Shown here one piece after another: positions 31,437 to 42,720 of a stretch of DNA of 64,000 nt. This stretch comes from Chamaesiphon sp. Lineage in GTDB: Bacteria > Cyanobacteriota > Cyanobacteriia > Cyanobacteriales > Chamaesiphonaceae. The position numbers were made by a program, and so were the translations under genes. The stretch covers positions 32,001-96,000 of the forward strand of contig CBDFFH010000002.1 in the NCBI GenBank assembly GCA_965246715.1, written 5' to 3'. Numbering within the stretch: the stretch's first letter is position 1; each line of letters begins with the position of its first letter. The notes under the pieces are model-generated. The model was given only the letters and a program-made list of their open reading frames with translations. It did no database searches and was not told the DNA's origin.

Positions 31437-32039
31437 TTAAGATTGAATTAAGAGATCGATGCGATCGAATGCATGATTGACTTGATGCCACAATTGTTGA
31501 TTGTGGGGGTCGGCTTTGAGTGCCTTTTTTAGATAAATCCGCGCTTTATTTAAGTCGCGCCGATCGATTAATTGATAGCCATATTGAGAGTAGATAATTC
31601 CTTGCCATTGACAAACTTGTTTGTCTGCGGGCGAATGGCGCGCCAATCCTTCGATGAGGACGATCGCTTTAAGATATTGTTGCTGACGCAATAACGTCCC
31701 AATCTCCCCATATAATTGCCACTTTAATTCAGACTCACCCGACTGGGGAGTCTGCGGTTCTGGCTGGGGAGCTGGACGAGAGACATTCTTGACGGTAGCT
31801 TGTGGCGCTGTCGATCGATCGGTTACGGTGGGCGAAGGTAAAGACGAACGCGAACCAAGATTATTTAGTAAAGTTTGATAAGCCTGACTGAGTGTGATAA
31901 ATCGTTGATGTGCTTCGGTATCGTCAGGATTGAGATCGGGATGCCATTTGCGCGCTAACAAACGGTAAGCAGTTTTTAGCTCGTCGAGCGATGCTTCGCG
32001 ACAGATACCTAGTAACTGATAACATTTGTCCAGATTCAT
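31437..32039 (-). CDS. J-domain protein with TPR-like C-terminus
   Basis: AYRLLARKWHPDLN (HPD motif). Confidence 0.88.
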   Translation of the reverse strand: MNLDKCYQLLGICREASLDELKTAYRLLARKWHPDLNPDDTEAHQRFITLSQAYQTLLNNLGSRSSLPSPTVTDRSTAPQATVKNVSRPAPQPEPQTPQSGESELKWQLYGEIGTLLRQQQYLKAIVLIEGLARHSPADKQVCQWQGIIYSQYGYQLIDRRDLNKARIYLKKALKADPHNQQLWHQVNHAFDRIDLLIQS

Positions 32040-32183
32040 TGTCGCTGCAATCGTGTATCTACTCAAGGGGTAAAATGTGATTTCGAGTCTTACTTCCTAT
32101 AGTGTTCCCTAGTCTGACGATCGAGTTGCCGCCAGACAACAACTTGTGTTGGCGAAGCCGCCACGATCCGGAAATTGCAGCGA

Positions 32184-32858
32184 TTAAGCGATCTGCTTGA
32201 CGGTCGATCGCTCCACATCATATGTAGCACAGATAATTTTGAGTTTTCCTATTTCGATAAATTGGCTTAGTAGGGGAGCCGTTTTGAGTCTGTCGAGTCG
32301 AGCGCGTTGGTAAGTGACAGGTTCGATGTGAAGGCGCTCGCAGATCAGCAACCGAGGATGATGTCTGGTTGCTAATTCGATTTGTCTACCACGAGCGGCG
32401 GTTGCCACCTCTTCGTTAGCTACAGTTGAATCGCTCCCTTCATCCAAAATCACGATCGCTTTTACACCCAAAAAGAGTACCGCATATTCGAGCGCACTAA
32501 TCTCCTGCAAGCTTGGAAACTGCTGTGAAGAGTCGATCGCAAATATTTCACTAAATTTGTGTCCGAAGATATTTTCGATCGCTGTAGGCAATCGAGCGTA
32601 ATTTAAGATGGCGACAGATGGTGTTTTGCCTTGGGCGGCTGCCGAGAGCGAAAGTGAGTTGTACTCGATATTTTGAGCGCGCATCTCAACAAATTGCTGA
32701 TTTCCGCTGAGCAATAATTCGATGATTCGCTCTGGAGTATCGTCCGCACGAATATCCAAATTACTATAACTGCTTCTCCGGAGGAGATTTCCGCCAACGA
32801 CCTTGGGATCGAGTAACTTTGGTCTGGTTAATCTGAAATTAGGGTTCGAGGTCAACAT
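32184..32858 (-). CDS. Beta-carbonic-anhydrase-like protein lacking Zn ligands
   Basis: LLSGNQQFV, AQGKTP.VAIL, E.IF, LEYAV..LGVK.IVIL and G.LKI..A.YD scaffold motifs, but no CxDxR or HxxC. Confidence 0.7.
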   Translation of the reverse strand: MLTSNPNFRLTRPKLLDPKVVGGNLLRRSSYSNLDIRADDTPERIIELLLSGNQQFVEMRAQNIEYNSLSLSAAAQGKTPSVAILNYARLPTAIENIFGHKFSEIFAIDSSQQFPSLQEISALEYAVLFLGVKAIVILDEGSDSTVANEEVATAARGRQIELATRHHPRLLICERLHIEPVTYQRARLDRLKTAPLLSQFIEIGKLKIICATYDVERSTVKQIA

Positions 32859-33274
32859 CTAGAATATTTTCGCTCGGATTCAATTTAAATATATTGTGGG
32901 GCAATCACTCAGCGCTAGCAGCTAGATCGATCGGAGATCGAGCGCAGTTGAGTTAATGCTACATGCCACAAGTTTAGTGGAACGATCTCTCGATGGCTTC
33001 TGCTAAAAATCGGATCTTCGAGCGATATTCAGCGATTTATTCGGCAATTATCATTAGATTGGCATCGTTAGTGTAACATTTCAACTATGAAGTTGCTTTG
33101 TATGACACGATAAGCTGCTCGAGTCTGCTTCGATCGAGTCTGGGCAATTGCGATCGATACAAACACAGCCCCATTCGTTAAGAACAGGGCTGATGGTTTT
33201 AGCTGGGGCGCGCCGCAGGCAATTAATTACCAGTTATCGCTGAGTTATGGCAATTTGCTTAACCAGAACTGACG

Positions 33275-34738
33275 TTATTTGATTCTTTCTAGCTTCCGCA
33301 TCACTGACTCATAGCCAGCTAGATTGTTTTGTGCCTGAAATAATTTTGCTGCCATTTTTAAATCCTGGGTCGCAGCAGGGTTAGCTTTGAGTTCGGCGTT
33401 GAGTAGCCCGCGATTGCTGTAAGCAAGGGCATAGTTGGGTTGCAAGCGGATTGCCGCATTGTAGTCCGCGATCGCTTTTGGATACTGACGTAGCTGAGCT
33501 TGGCTGACACCACGATTGAAATACAATTCGGCATTATTGGGATCGAGTGCGATCCCCCGATCGTAATCATCGATCGCTTTTTGATAGTCGCGATCGACAT
33601 AATACACAATGCCGCGATTGAGATAGACAAGCGCATAACCAGGTTTAAGACGGATTGCGGAACTATAATCGGCAATTGCCGCCGCGCGTTCGCCCATTGT
33701 AAAGTGCAAGATACCACGATTGTTGTAGGCTTCGACAAACTGCGGATTGAGGGCGATCGCTTTAGTATAGTCCGCGATCGCTTTGGCGCGTTCTCCAGCC
33801 TGGGCAAACATTACCGCTCGATTGAAATAAGCAGTGGCATCATTAGGATTGAGTTGAATGACCCGATCGTAGTCGCCAATCGCGCCCGCACGATCTCCGA
33901 GTGTGTTTTTAGCCCCCGCACGGTTGAAATAGGCATTGGGATTGGTAGTCTTAAGGCTAATCGCTCGATCGTAATCGGCGAGCGCGCCGCGATCGTCTCC
34001 CAGTGCGCTCTTTGCTTTGCCTCGGCCATAATAGGCATTGGCATAAGAGCGATCGAGCTGAATCGCTTTATTATAATCAGCGAGCGCACCTTGTTTGTCA
34101 CCGAGATCGAGCTTGATTAAGCCACGATCGTAATAAGCTTCGGCACTTTGCGAATTGAGTTGGATTGCTTTGTTATAGCTAGCGAGCGCTCCTTGTTTAT
34201 CTCCGGCTTGAGCCAATATTACCCCTCTGCTAAGTGCCAATTGCGGATCGTTAGGTTTGAGCTGGCTGGCGATTTGGAGGTCGGCTGCGGCACCAGTTTT
34301 GTCACCACTATTCAATCGTGCAAAACCGCGATTGGCATATGCTTCAAAATATTTAGGCTCGATTGCGATCGCGCGGGTGTAGTCGGCAATAGCACCAGCA
34401 GTATCGCCCATTGCGCCTTTGATGATGCCGCGATTGTTATAAGCATCGACAAAATTTGGTTGTAATTTAATCGCGCGATCGAGATCGGCAAGTGCGTTCT
34501 GTCGATCTTGCTGGCGATAGTGCAGCATTCCTCTGGCAAAGTAATCTCTAGCTGATTTTGGCTCGGGGGCAGTTTTGCTAGGTAGAGCGGTTTGGATTTG
34601 TTTCGGTTGACTCTCGATCGCCATGACTCGCTCGGTCTGTCCGCTAGAGCCGATCGCCACCATAAAACTTAGCATCAGTAGTGGCATTTTAGACACCCAC
34701 TGTAGCTCGATCGGTTGGTGTTGATGTTTAATTTTCAT
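33275..34738 (-). CDS. Tetratricopeptide repeat protein (exported)
   Basis: About 12 repeats of AY.NRG...A.ADY..AI...P after a signal-like N-terminus. Confidence 0.92.
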   Translation of the reverse strand: MKIKHQHQPIELQWVSKMPLLMLSFMVAIGSSGQTERVMAIESQPKQIQTALPSKTAPEPKSARDYFARGMLHYRQQDRQNALADLDRAIKLQPNFVDAYNNRGIIKGAMGDTAGAIADYTRAIAIEPKYFEAYANRGFARLNSGDKTGAAADLQIASQLKPNDPQLALSRGVILAQAGDKQGALASYNKAIQLNSQSAEAYYDRGLIKLDLGDKQGALADYNKAIQLDRSYANAYYGRGKAKSALGDDRGALADYDRAISLKTTNPNAYFNRAGAKNTLGDRAGAIGDYDRVIQLNPNDATAYFNRAVMFAQAGERAKAIADYTKAIALNPQFVEAYNNRGILHFTMGERAAAIADYSSAIRLKPGYALVYLNRGIVYYVDRDYQKAIDDYDRGIALDPNNAELYFNRGVSQAQLRQYPKAIADYNAAIRLQPNYALAYSNRGLLNAELKANPAATQDLKMAAKLFQAQNNLAGYESVMRKLERIK

Positions 34739-35149
34739 TATTTAAGATAAAATTTGCCGCCGCTCGATTAGCTCGTAAGATTATGTACTTTTTTGCTAGC
34801 TCGATCGGCAGTATTTATATATTGCTGTTGACATCAATATGTTAACAAATCTCTCAACTGTTCGAGATCGATCGCGCCAGAATATCGACGAACAAAAAAA
34901 TATCGACAAGTCGAAACCCGCCGATTGTCTAGCTTTTGTCGATCGATCCCAATGTATTTAATAATTACAACGATCGAGTGATGCAAAACTTACAGTTTTA
35001 TGATATGCGATCGGAACATAGGCATACTTAAAACGATATTGTGATATTTAATACCGATCGACATTAATAAATTCATCTGTAGAATTAGTCGATTCACCTA
35101 CGATCTACCAGCAGAAAATCAACAGATTTAAGCCGATCTTGCGATTTTT

Positions 35150-35282
35150 GGCGTTGCTGAGTTAATGTATGAAACGCACAAACAATTTTTGTAGGGGTAA
35201 TGCCTCGTGCTTACCCCGCATCGATTCAGGGTACCCACAAGGGTCACCCCTACAACAAATCATACCCATATTCAGCAACGCC
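35150..35282 (-). mobile_element. MITE family A, copy 3 (inverted)
   Basis: Perfect 8-bp target duplication CGATTTTT (35142-35149 / 35283-35290), abutting the glcD stop codon. Confidence 0.9.
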
Positions 35283-35288
35283 CGATTT

Positions 35289-36767
35289 TTAATACTGCTC
35301 GATGCCCACAAATTTTTGGGCAGAATTACCCGACTCACCACAAGTACGTGGCGTAGGAATAATCTTGCCAGGATTGGCTAATTCCTTGGGATTAAATACT
35401 TGTCTGACCCATTGCATTGTCTCTAGATCTGTGTCGGTAAACATCTCAGACATATAGCAGCGCTTATCCGCGCCAATTCCATGTTCGCCAGAAATACTCC
35501 CGCCAACCTTGACACAGAGTTTGAGAATTTCCCCACCCAAAGCTTCGACATGTTCCAGCGCGCCAGCAACTGAGTTATCGTACAAAATCAATGGGTGCAA
35601 ATTGCCATCACCAGCATGAAACACATTTGCGACATAATAGCCATATTTCTCGCCCAGCTTCGCAATTTCTTGGAGTACGTAAGACAACTGCGTGCGGGGG
35701 ATGACACCATCTTGAACGTAATAATCGGGACTGATTTTACCCATCGCCGCAAAGGCGGCTTTCCGCCCCTTCCACAGCCGCAAGCGTTGTTCGGGTTCCG
35801 TAGCCGTAGTCACATCTCTGGCACCATTAAGACGGCAAATATCGGCAATTAGTGCTTGATTTGTGGCTACTTCGACTGATGAGCCATCGATTTCCACGAG
35901 CAGGATCGCGGCAGCATCACGGGGATAGCATTGAGTTGCCACTACATCCTCCACCGCATTGATGCTAAAGTTATCCATCATCTCGATGCCAGCGGGGATA
36001 ATTCCGGCTCCGATAATACCCGAGACCGCACTCCCGGCCGCTTCGACACTCTCAAAATCTGCCAACATCACACAGATCGATTCGGGAGTTTTGAGCAGTT
36101 TGAGCGTAACTTCTGTCGCAATCCCGAGGGTTCCTTCCGAGCCGACAAATAGCCCCGTTAAATCGTATCCCGGCATTTCCCCTACCTCACCGCCGACATC
36201 GACGATTTCCCCACTGGGAATTACTAGCTTCAACCCGAGCACATGGTTGGTAGTCACCCCATATTTAAGACAGTGAACGCCGCCCGAATTTTCGGCAATA
36301 TTACCGCCGATCGAACAGATAATCTGACTGGACGGATCTGGCGCATAATAAAATCCCGCACCACTGACAGCCTGAGTCACCCAATTATTAATTACTCCCG
36401 GCTGTACCACTACTTGGCGATTCTCGAGATCTACTTTGAGGATCTGATTCATCAACGCCGTCACGATTAAGACACAATTTTCGACGGGCAACGCGCCACC
36501 CGATAAACCAGTACCCGCACCCCGCGCGATCCAGGCAATATGGAGATCGTCGCAAATTTTGACGATCGCGGCAATCTGTTCGGTAGTCTTCGGCAAAATC
36601 ACTAGCGCGGGACGTTGGCGATAACTCGTCAACCCGTCGCACTCATAAGTAATTAGTTCTTCCCGTCGCTGAATGATGCCTTTTTTACCGACGACTGCAA
36701 TCATTTGTGCAATAATCGGGTTCCAGTCACGATCTGTAGATTGAATTTTGCTATCTGCTACGAGCAT
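35289..36767 (-). CDS. glcD: Glycolate oxidase subunit GlcD (FAD-linked oxidase)
   Basis: RGAGTGLSGGA, PDPSS, GGVHCLKYG, HAGDGNLHP and GEHGIG motifs. Confidence 0.92.
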   Translation of the reverse strand: MLVADSKIQSTDRDWNPIIAQMIAVVGKKGIIQRREELITYECDGLTSYRQRPALVILPKTTEQIAAIVKICDDLHIAWIARGAGTGLSGGALPVENCVLIVTALMNQILKVDLENRQVVVQPGVINNWVTQAVSGAGFYYAPDPSSQIICSIGGNIAENSGGVHCLKYGVTTNHVLGLKLVIPSGEIVDVGGEVGEMPGYDLTGLFVGSEGTLGIATEVTLKLLKTPESICVMLADFESVEAAGSAVSGIIGAGIIPAGIEMMDNFSINAVEDVVATQCYPRDAAAILLVEIDGSSVEVATNQALIADICRLNGARDVTTATEPEQRLRLWKGRKAAFAAMGKISPDYYVQDGVIPRTQLSYVLQEIAKLGEKYGYYVANVFHAGDGNLHPLILYDNSVAGALEHVEALGGEILKLCVKVGGSISGEHGIGADKRCYMSEMFTDTDLETMQWVRQVFNPKELANPGKIIPTPRTCGESGNSAQKFVGIEQY

Positions 36768-36931
36768 ATGTCTCCAAAAGCGGGGCATTTACTGGATGTG
36801 GGTAACATCACTTTAACAAAAATATCCATAATTCAGAATCCATAATATATAATTCATAACTCCTTAATCTGTTCATTACCAAGACTTTACCTTTACCGAG
36901 TAGATTGAGGTTAGATTTTGGAGCAAGGCTT

Positions 36932-37573
36932 ATGATGTCGATCGTTCAAAGTGTAGAGCGGGATTACGCACAACAACAGGATCGCTCCTCTGTCCTCAAT
37001 AAGCGGTTGTATTTTCATACTAAGGGTGATGAGATTCCGTTGTTTCCAGAAGGAGTCTGGCAAGTAACTCAAGGCTTGGTGCAACTGAGTGCCAACTATG
37101 AGGATGGCGAACAAGTATTATTTGGTTGGGCCGATACTGGGGCTTGGTTTGGGACTCATGGCTCGGATACTCTAGACTATCAAGCGATCGCGTTATCGCC
37201 TGTCTATCTGCGGTGGCTGCGGTTGGACGAAATTGAGGGGTCGATGCGGCTCTCTCAGCTATTGTTACCCCAATTATCCAGACGGATGCGTCAAGCTGAA
37301 CTGCTGCTAATTATCAACGGTCGTCGCCATACGATCGAACGCTTGAAAGGTTTATTATCGTTGCTCAGAAACGAGCTAGGCGAATCGAACCCTAATGCTC
37401 AAACGCGCATCAAATATAAGTTTACGCATCAACAACTAGCTAGTGCGATCGGAACGACACGGGTGACTGTCAGCCGGATGATGGCTCATTTTCAAGCCAA
37501 AGGCTACATCACACTCGATCGGCACCGTCATCTCATTCTAGATGATAGCTATTTTGGGAACATCGGCAACTAA
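36932..37573 (+). CDS. Crp/Fnr family transcriptional regulator
   Basis: HTH motif THQQLASAIGTTRVTVSR. Confidence 0.88.
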   Translation: MMSIVQSVERDYAQQQDRSSVLNKRLYFHTKGDEIPLFPEGVWQVTQGLVQLSANYEDGEQVLFGWADTGAWFGTHGSDTLDYQAIALSPVYLRWLRLDEIEGSMRLSQLLLPQLSRRMRQAELLLIINGRRHTIERLKGLLSLLRNELGESNPNAQTRIKYKFTHQQLASAIGTTRVTVSRMMAHFQAKGYITLDRHRHLILDDSYFGNIGN

Positions 37574-37995
37574 ATTAGGGCGATCGAACAGCGCTGCTGC
37601 TATTTTGAGGAAGACGATCGAATTACCTGTCGATCTTGCCCCCTTGTTAGGCATTATTACCGATCGCGATAACTGATAGAGCGCCGCGATCGGTTGCCGC
37701 AAGCGGAAACAGGTTGATTTCGTGGGAGAGTGGTGCAGCGGCAATTACGAGAATATGCGTAATTATCACAATGTAGTAATTGTAAATGGTATTTTGGGAT
37801 AACTAAGTTTATAGGATAGTTCCGAGTTAGCCAACTCCGGAATTACTGATTAAATCCTGAATGCACGGAATTAGATCTCGATCGTCGATCGAGCGTATGC
37901 CTGTTTGGTAACAAGCTCCGTTAAATCGACACAAGTCGAGCTGTCATCGTGTAATTGAGGGAGAGCTTACCCAATTTATATCTACATAATATTCC

Positions 37996-39078
37996 ATGTC
38001 GATCGAAATTATGTCGCTGACCGATTCACGTTGGCAACGATACTTAAATACCGTCAAACATGATTTCTATCATCTTCCTGGTTATTTAGAATTAGAAGCA
38101 AAACGTTGTGGGGCATTAGCTGAAGCAATCTCGATCGAAGATGGCGAAAAATCCTTTTTCTTACCATACCTAGTTAGAGATTGTCATAAAATTTCGGACG
38201 GCGGTGAATTTGACCAAGCAGAAATATATGATGTAGTCTCGCCCTATGGTTATTCGGGTATGTTGCTCGGCAATTCAGATCGAGACCCCAACTTTATCAA
38301 GCAATGTTGGATGGCAACCCATCAATATTGGCGATCGCGCAAGATCTGCTCTGCTTTTTTGCGCCTGCATCCAATTTTAAATGAGGATCTCGATCTGTCG
38401 ATCGAACAGATCGATAGTAATGTTGTTTGTAATCGATCGGAAATCATCATTTGCGATTTAGATCGTTCTCTTGACGAACTGTGGCAACAGACTAGGCGCA
38501 ATCATCGAACTAAGATCGCTAAATTAAAAAAGTCAGGATTCACAGTTAGAATGGTGCCGATCGATCTTTATCTAGATAGATTTATCGATATCTACCATGA
38601 GACTATGTACAGAGTCAATGCTTCGAGTAATTATTTTTTTGAAAAAAGTTATTTTGATGCTCTAGTTAGTGCATTGGGAAATCGCATCTATCTCTGTGTC
38701 GTAGAACTAGAAGATAAAATTGCTGCTGCCATGTTAGTCACAGAATTTAGCGGGATCGTTCAGTATCATCTTGGTGGCACAAAGACAGAATTTTTGCCAC
38801 AATCGCCAAATACTATTTTGTTTAGCTATATTATCGAGTGGGGAAAAAATAGGTATAATAGGTACTTGAATTTAGGTGGTGGTCTGGGAGGACAGCAAGA
38901 TTCATTATATCACTTTAAAGCAGGATTTTCTAAGCAAACTAAAACCTTCGCCACGATTGGCTCGATCGTCGATCGCGAGCGATACGACTACTTATTAAAC
39001 TTAAGAGCCAAGGCTTTAAAAATAACTGTAGACGAACTCAAAAATTCAGCTTTTTTCCCAGCATATCGATCGAAATAA
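37996..39078 (+). CDS. GNAT/FemAB-like acyltransferase
   Basis: SPYGYSG, FLRLHP, QYHLGGT and NLGGG..DSLYHFK.GF motifs. Confidence 0.85.
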   Translation: MSIEIMSLTDSRWQRYLNTVKHDFYHLPGYLELEAKRCGALAEAISIEDGEKSFFLPYLVRDCHKISDGGEFDQAEIYDVVSPYGYSGMLLGNSDRDPNFIKQCWMATHQYWRSRKICSAFLRLHPILNEDLDLSIEQIDSNVVCNRSEIIICDLDRSLDELWQQTRRNHRTKIAKLKKSGFTVRMVPIDLYLDRFIDIYHETMYRVNASSNYFFEKSYFDALVSALGNRIYLCVVELEDKIAAAMLVTEFSGIVQYHLGGTKTEFLPQSPNTILFSYIIEWGKNRYNRYLNLGGGLGGQQDSLYHFKAGFSKQTKTFATIGSIVDRERYDYLLNLRAKALKITVDELKNSAFFPAYRSK

Positions 39079-39149
39079 CTACATGCGCTCGGAATTGTTA
39101 ACTCAGGATAAAATCGAAATTTTACACTAAATTAACTGAGGTCGGTAAC

Positions 39150-39917
39150 ATGCCACAACCTAACAATAATCTAGCACTGTACGATGATGTAGAATTTGCT
39201 ACTTGGGTCGAGATTACTGAGTTGTTTCCCGAAGAGAAATATATCATCGATCGCTATCTCGATCGCGATCTGAGCGTGGTGGAAGCGGGCACTAATAGTG
39301 GCAGAATTTTATTCCAGATGCAAAAAATGGGATTCACATCGCTGTGTGGATTTGACTACATACCCAAATTAATCGATGTTGCGATCGCCAGAGATCCCCA
39401 TCGCTCGATTAAATTTGAAGTTGGTAATGCGATCGATCTTGCCTATTTGGATAGTTCGTTCGACCAAATTATTTATATTCAGCAAATGCTCTGCATGATT
39501 GACGAGGCAACCGATCGGTTGCAGGCACTACAAGAAGCATATCGTATTCTCAAACCTGGTGGCACGGGGATATTTTCGGTGCTCAGCTTTGAGGGACGTT
39601 GCGCGAAACCGCTCTACTCTGCCTTTTTTGTGTATCTCTCCACCTTGAGAAAATTACGAGGGGCAGATCTGAGCATTCAGTATCAACCCTGGCTGATGCT
39701 GGGCGGCAAATTTAATTTGGGCGCGCTCGTCGATCGACCGCCGCATGTTTATTGGTACAAATCGGCTGAAATTTGTCAGTTGCTAACCTCCGTCGGCTTT
39801 AAGATCGAAGCTGTTGCTAGTAGTAGCCAACTCAGTCAAGGAATCGTCAAAGCTGCCGAGTGCGAGCTTACCACACAAGATCTCGACGGAGTATTATACA
39901 TAGTAGTAAAAAAGTAA
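39150..39917 (+). CDS. Class I SAM-dependent methyltransferase
   Basis: VEAGTNSGR, SFDQI and RILKPGG motifs. Confidence 0.85.
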   Translation: MPQPNNNLALYDDVEFATWVEITELFPEEKYIIDRYLDRDLSVVEAGTNSGRILFQMQKMGFTSLCGFDYIPKLIDVAIARDPHRSIKFEVGNAIDLAYLDSSFDQIIYIQQMLCMIDEATDRLQALQEAYRILKPGGTGIFSVLSFEGRCAKPLYSAFFVYLSTLRKLRGADLSIQYQPWLMLGGKFNLGALVDRPPHVYWYKSAEICQLLTSVGFKIEAVASSSQLSQGIVKAAECELTTQDLDGVLYIVVKK

Positions 39918-40107
39918 CTGTTACTAATCCATCAGAAGATCGATGCAATGCCAAAATCGATCTCGGTATAATGGCGGCAACCGCTAAATATTTAGGGCTG
40001 AGCATTCTGCGTTTTTTTGCTGAATCGGTATAGCTTCACTCGATTGCGTGTTAGCGTGGATTGTATATAAATTAACACCATCTAGTATTTACTCACATTT
40101 TCTGGCA

Positions 40108-41235
40108 ATGACAAAACCAATTTTGCTCTCAACTCCACACATGGGAGATCGCGAGCTAGAGTTCGTGAATGAAGCGTTTGCAACCAACTGGATCGCACCA
40201 GTCGGGCCTCATGTCAACGCTTTCGAGGAAGAGTTCTGTCAAGCCATCGGTGCCAGTCACGCTGCTGCGGTCAGCTCGGGTACAGCAGCTTTGCATTTGG
40301 CACTGAAGTTGGTTGGTGTGGATGTTGGCGATGAAGTATTTTGTTCGACCTTAACTTTCTCCGCAAGTGCCAATCCGATCGCTTATTTGGGGGCAAAACC
40401 CGTATTTATCGATAGCGATCGAATTTCCTGGAATATGGATCCACCGCTATTGCAAGCCGCACTAGCGCAACGTGCCAAAGTTGGGAAATTACCTAAAGCG
40501 GTCGTGCTCGTGCATCTTTACGGACAGAGCGCAGATATCGATCCGATCGTCGCAGCTTGCCAACAGTATGAAGTTCCCGTAATTGAGGACGCAGCTGAGG
40601 CGTTAGGCGCAACTTATAAAGGGCGCTCGCCCGGTACCTCGGGGCAAATCGGTATTTTCTCATTCAATGGCAATAAAATTATCACTACTTCCGGCGGTGG
40701 GATGCTCGTCTCAGAAGATGCCAGCATCACGTCCAAAGCCAGATTTTTGGCTACGCAAGCCCGCGACCCCGCCCCCCACTACCAGCACTCGGAAATCGGT
40801 TATAACTACCGCATGAGCAATGTTTTGGCCGGAATCGGGCGCGGACAGCTCCTCGTACTAAAAGATCGCGTCGCCGCCAGACGACGCAATTGTGAAGTGT
40901 ATCAGCAGGCTTTGGGTAAATTACCTGGGATCGAGTTTATGCCAGAAGCGCCCTGGGGACAGGCTACGCGCTGGCTGACTTGTCTGACGATCGATCCGAC
41001 GGCATTTGGTGCCGACCGCGAAACCGTCCGCTTAGCACTAGCTGAAGCCCAAATCGAAGCTCGCCCAGTCTGGAAGCCACTCCATCTACAGCCGATTTTT
41101 GCCGATAGCGAATGCGTTGGTGGTGAAGTTGCTGAAGATTTATTCGACAAAGGGCTGTGCTTGCCTTCTGGCTCTAATCTATCTGATGAAGACTTAGATC
41201 GGGTGATTCAGGCGATTAAACGCGTTGCCAGGTAA
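40108..41235 (+). CDS. DegT/DnrJ/EryC1/StrS sugar aminotransferase
   Basis: SSGTAALHL, VHLYGQ, IEDAAEALG, SFNGNKIITTSGGG and GYNYRMSN motifs. Confidence 0.93.
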   Translation: MTKPILLSTPHMGDRELEFVNEAFATNWIAPVGPHVNAFEEEFCQAIGASHAAAVSSGTAALHLALKLVGVDVGDEVFCSTLTFSASANPIAYLGAKPVFIDSDRISWNMDPPLLQAALAQRAKVGKLPKAVVLVHLYGQSADIDPIVAACQQYEVPVIEDAAEALGATYKGRSPGTSGQIGIFSFNGNKIITTSGGGMLVSEDASITSKARFLATQARDPAPHYQHSEIGYNYRMSNVLAGIGRGQLLVLKDRVAARRRNCEVYQQALGKLPGIEFMPEAPWGQATRWLTCLTIDPTAFGADRETVRLALAEAQIEARPVWKPLHLQPIFADSECVGGEVAEDLFDKGLCLPSGSNLSDEDLDRVIQAIKRVAR

Positions 41236-41357
41236 AATCTAGACAGCCAAGCAGCTCGATTGCCGCAGTTGCGATCGATTGCTGGATTTGACTGTAAACA
41301 GCGATCGGTCTTGACGGATAATAGAAATAAATCCACTCGATCGATCGCGATTAATTC

Positions 41358-42071
41358 ATGCGCTTTGATGTCATCACACTATTTCCCGATTTTTTTACTT
41401 CGCCACTCGGTTGTGGATTGCTGAGTAAGGCTTTAGCCAAGCAACTCGCAACGGTGAATATCACCAATCCGCGCGATTTTACTATCGATCGCCATCACAA
41501 GGTCGATGATGAGTCTTATGGTGGCGGTGTGGGGATGGTGATCAAACCAGAACCGATCTTTGCAGCAGTAGAGTCGTTGCCAGTATTGAAGCGTCGCCAG
41601 GTACTCTTGATGAGTCCTCAAGGCGAAAAGATCGATCGGGCGTTATTTGAGGAGTTACTCGCAAATTACGACCAGTTGGTGTTACTGTGCGGTCATTATG
41701 AAGGTATCGACGAGCGGGTGATGAATATTGTCGATCGGGAGATTTCTTTAGGTGATTTTGTGTTGACTTGTGGGGAAATTCCCGCATTGACATTAATTAA
41801 CGGCATTACCCGCTTGATTCCCGGTACGGTGGGTAAAGTTGAATCGCTCAAAGCTGATAGTTTTGAGGATGGATTGCTCGATTATCCCCACTATACGCGT
41901 CCGCCAGAATTTCGCGGTTGGCGCGTTCCTGATGTATTAATGTCTGGCAATCATGAAAAAATTGCCCAGTGGCGACACCAGCAACAACTCGAGCGCACTC
42001 GATCGAAACGTCCAGATTTATACGATCTATGGTTGAAAAATATCGATACTGAAAAGCCCTCTCTAGATTAG
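41358..42071 (+). CDS. trmD: tRNA (guanine-N1)-methyltransferase
   Basis: CGHYEGIDER, SLGDFVLTCGE and YTRP..VP.VL.SGNH motifs. Confidence 0.96.
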   Translation: MRFDVITLFPDFFTSPLGCGLLSKALAKQLATVNITNPRDFTIDRHHKVDDESYGGGVGMVIKPEPIFAAVESLPVLKRRQVLLMSPQGEKIDRALFEELLANYDQLVLLCGHYEGIDERVMNIVDREISLGDFVLTCGEIPALTLINGITRLIPGTVGKVESLKADSFEDGLLDYPHYTRPPEFRGWRVPDVLMSGNHEKIAQWRHQQQLERTRSKRPDLYDLWLKNIDTEKPSLD

Positions 42072-42119
42072 AGAAGGCTAGTTATTTCTAACTTAGATTA
42101 AGCTCGATCTTTGAGTGAT

Positions 42120-42587
42120 TTAGAATTTAAAACCAGCACCGAGTCTAACGTTGGTAGAGGAATTATTAGAACTCAACGGAACATCTAATGCCGCTTTTAG
42201 TTCGATGCTATCAGTGACACCAAAGTCAGCTCCAGCAGTAAAATAGGCTTGCGTAGTGCTATTGTTACCACCAGTAGCAACCGAGACACCACCACCAACA
42301 AAAGGCGTGATTTGGACTTTTTCACCACGAGTGGTATTGAAGTCATAGGTTAACGAAGTCCCAAAGACCGTACCGCCACTTGGGAATTCAACGAATGGAC
42401 GAAGTGATAAATTATCGCTGACACCGAATTTAGAATCGACACCAACAACTGTCTGACCGCCACCGATAAATAGTGCGGGGCCGATCGTATTTGTATTTCT
42501 ACCCAATTCTGCTTTAGCTGGCACGCTCATTCCTAGCGCAGCAACCGAGGAGCAGACCATAACTAATGCAACTAGATTCTTTTTCAC
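42120..42587 (-). CDS. Small outer-membrane beta-barrel protein
   Basis: Signal peptide ending AKA, alternating beta strands, C-terminal GAGFKF; GTG start. Confidence 0.8.
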   Translation of the reverse strand: MKKNLVALVMVCSSVAALGMSVPAKAELGRNTNTIGPALFIGGGQTVVGVDSKFGVSDNLSLRPFVEFPSGGTVFGTSLTYDFNTTRGEKVQITPFVGGGVSVATGGNNSTTQAYFTAGADFGVTDSIELKAALDVPLSSNNSSTNVRLGAGFKF

Positions 42588-42720
42588 TGTAAATTTCCCG
42601 TTTTAAGTAGCTTAGCTCGACTAACTTTTTGGTAAGCCCCTTTAGCAAAAAGTGACATTTCCAAATCTAAATAAAATTTAGAGCGAGCCGCAGGTATCGA
42701 TTTTTACCTGGTTAAGAAGC

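Noticed and set aside
33500..34465. Long antisense ORFs over the TPR gene (likewise over hlyD, glcD and glgP)
   Set aside because: They are interrupted by stops, stay within the sense gene and show no recognisable domain, unlike the 1-837 frame.
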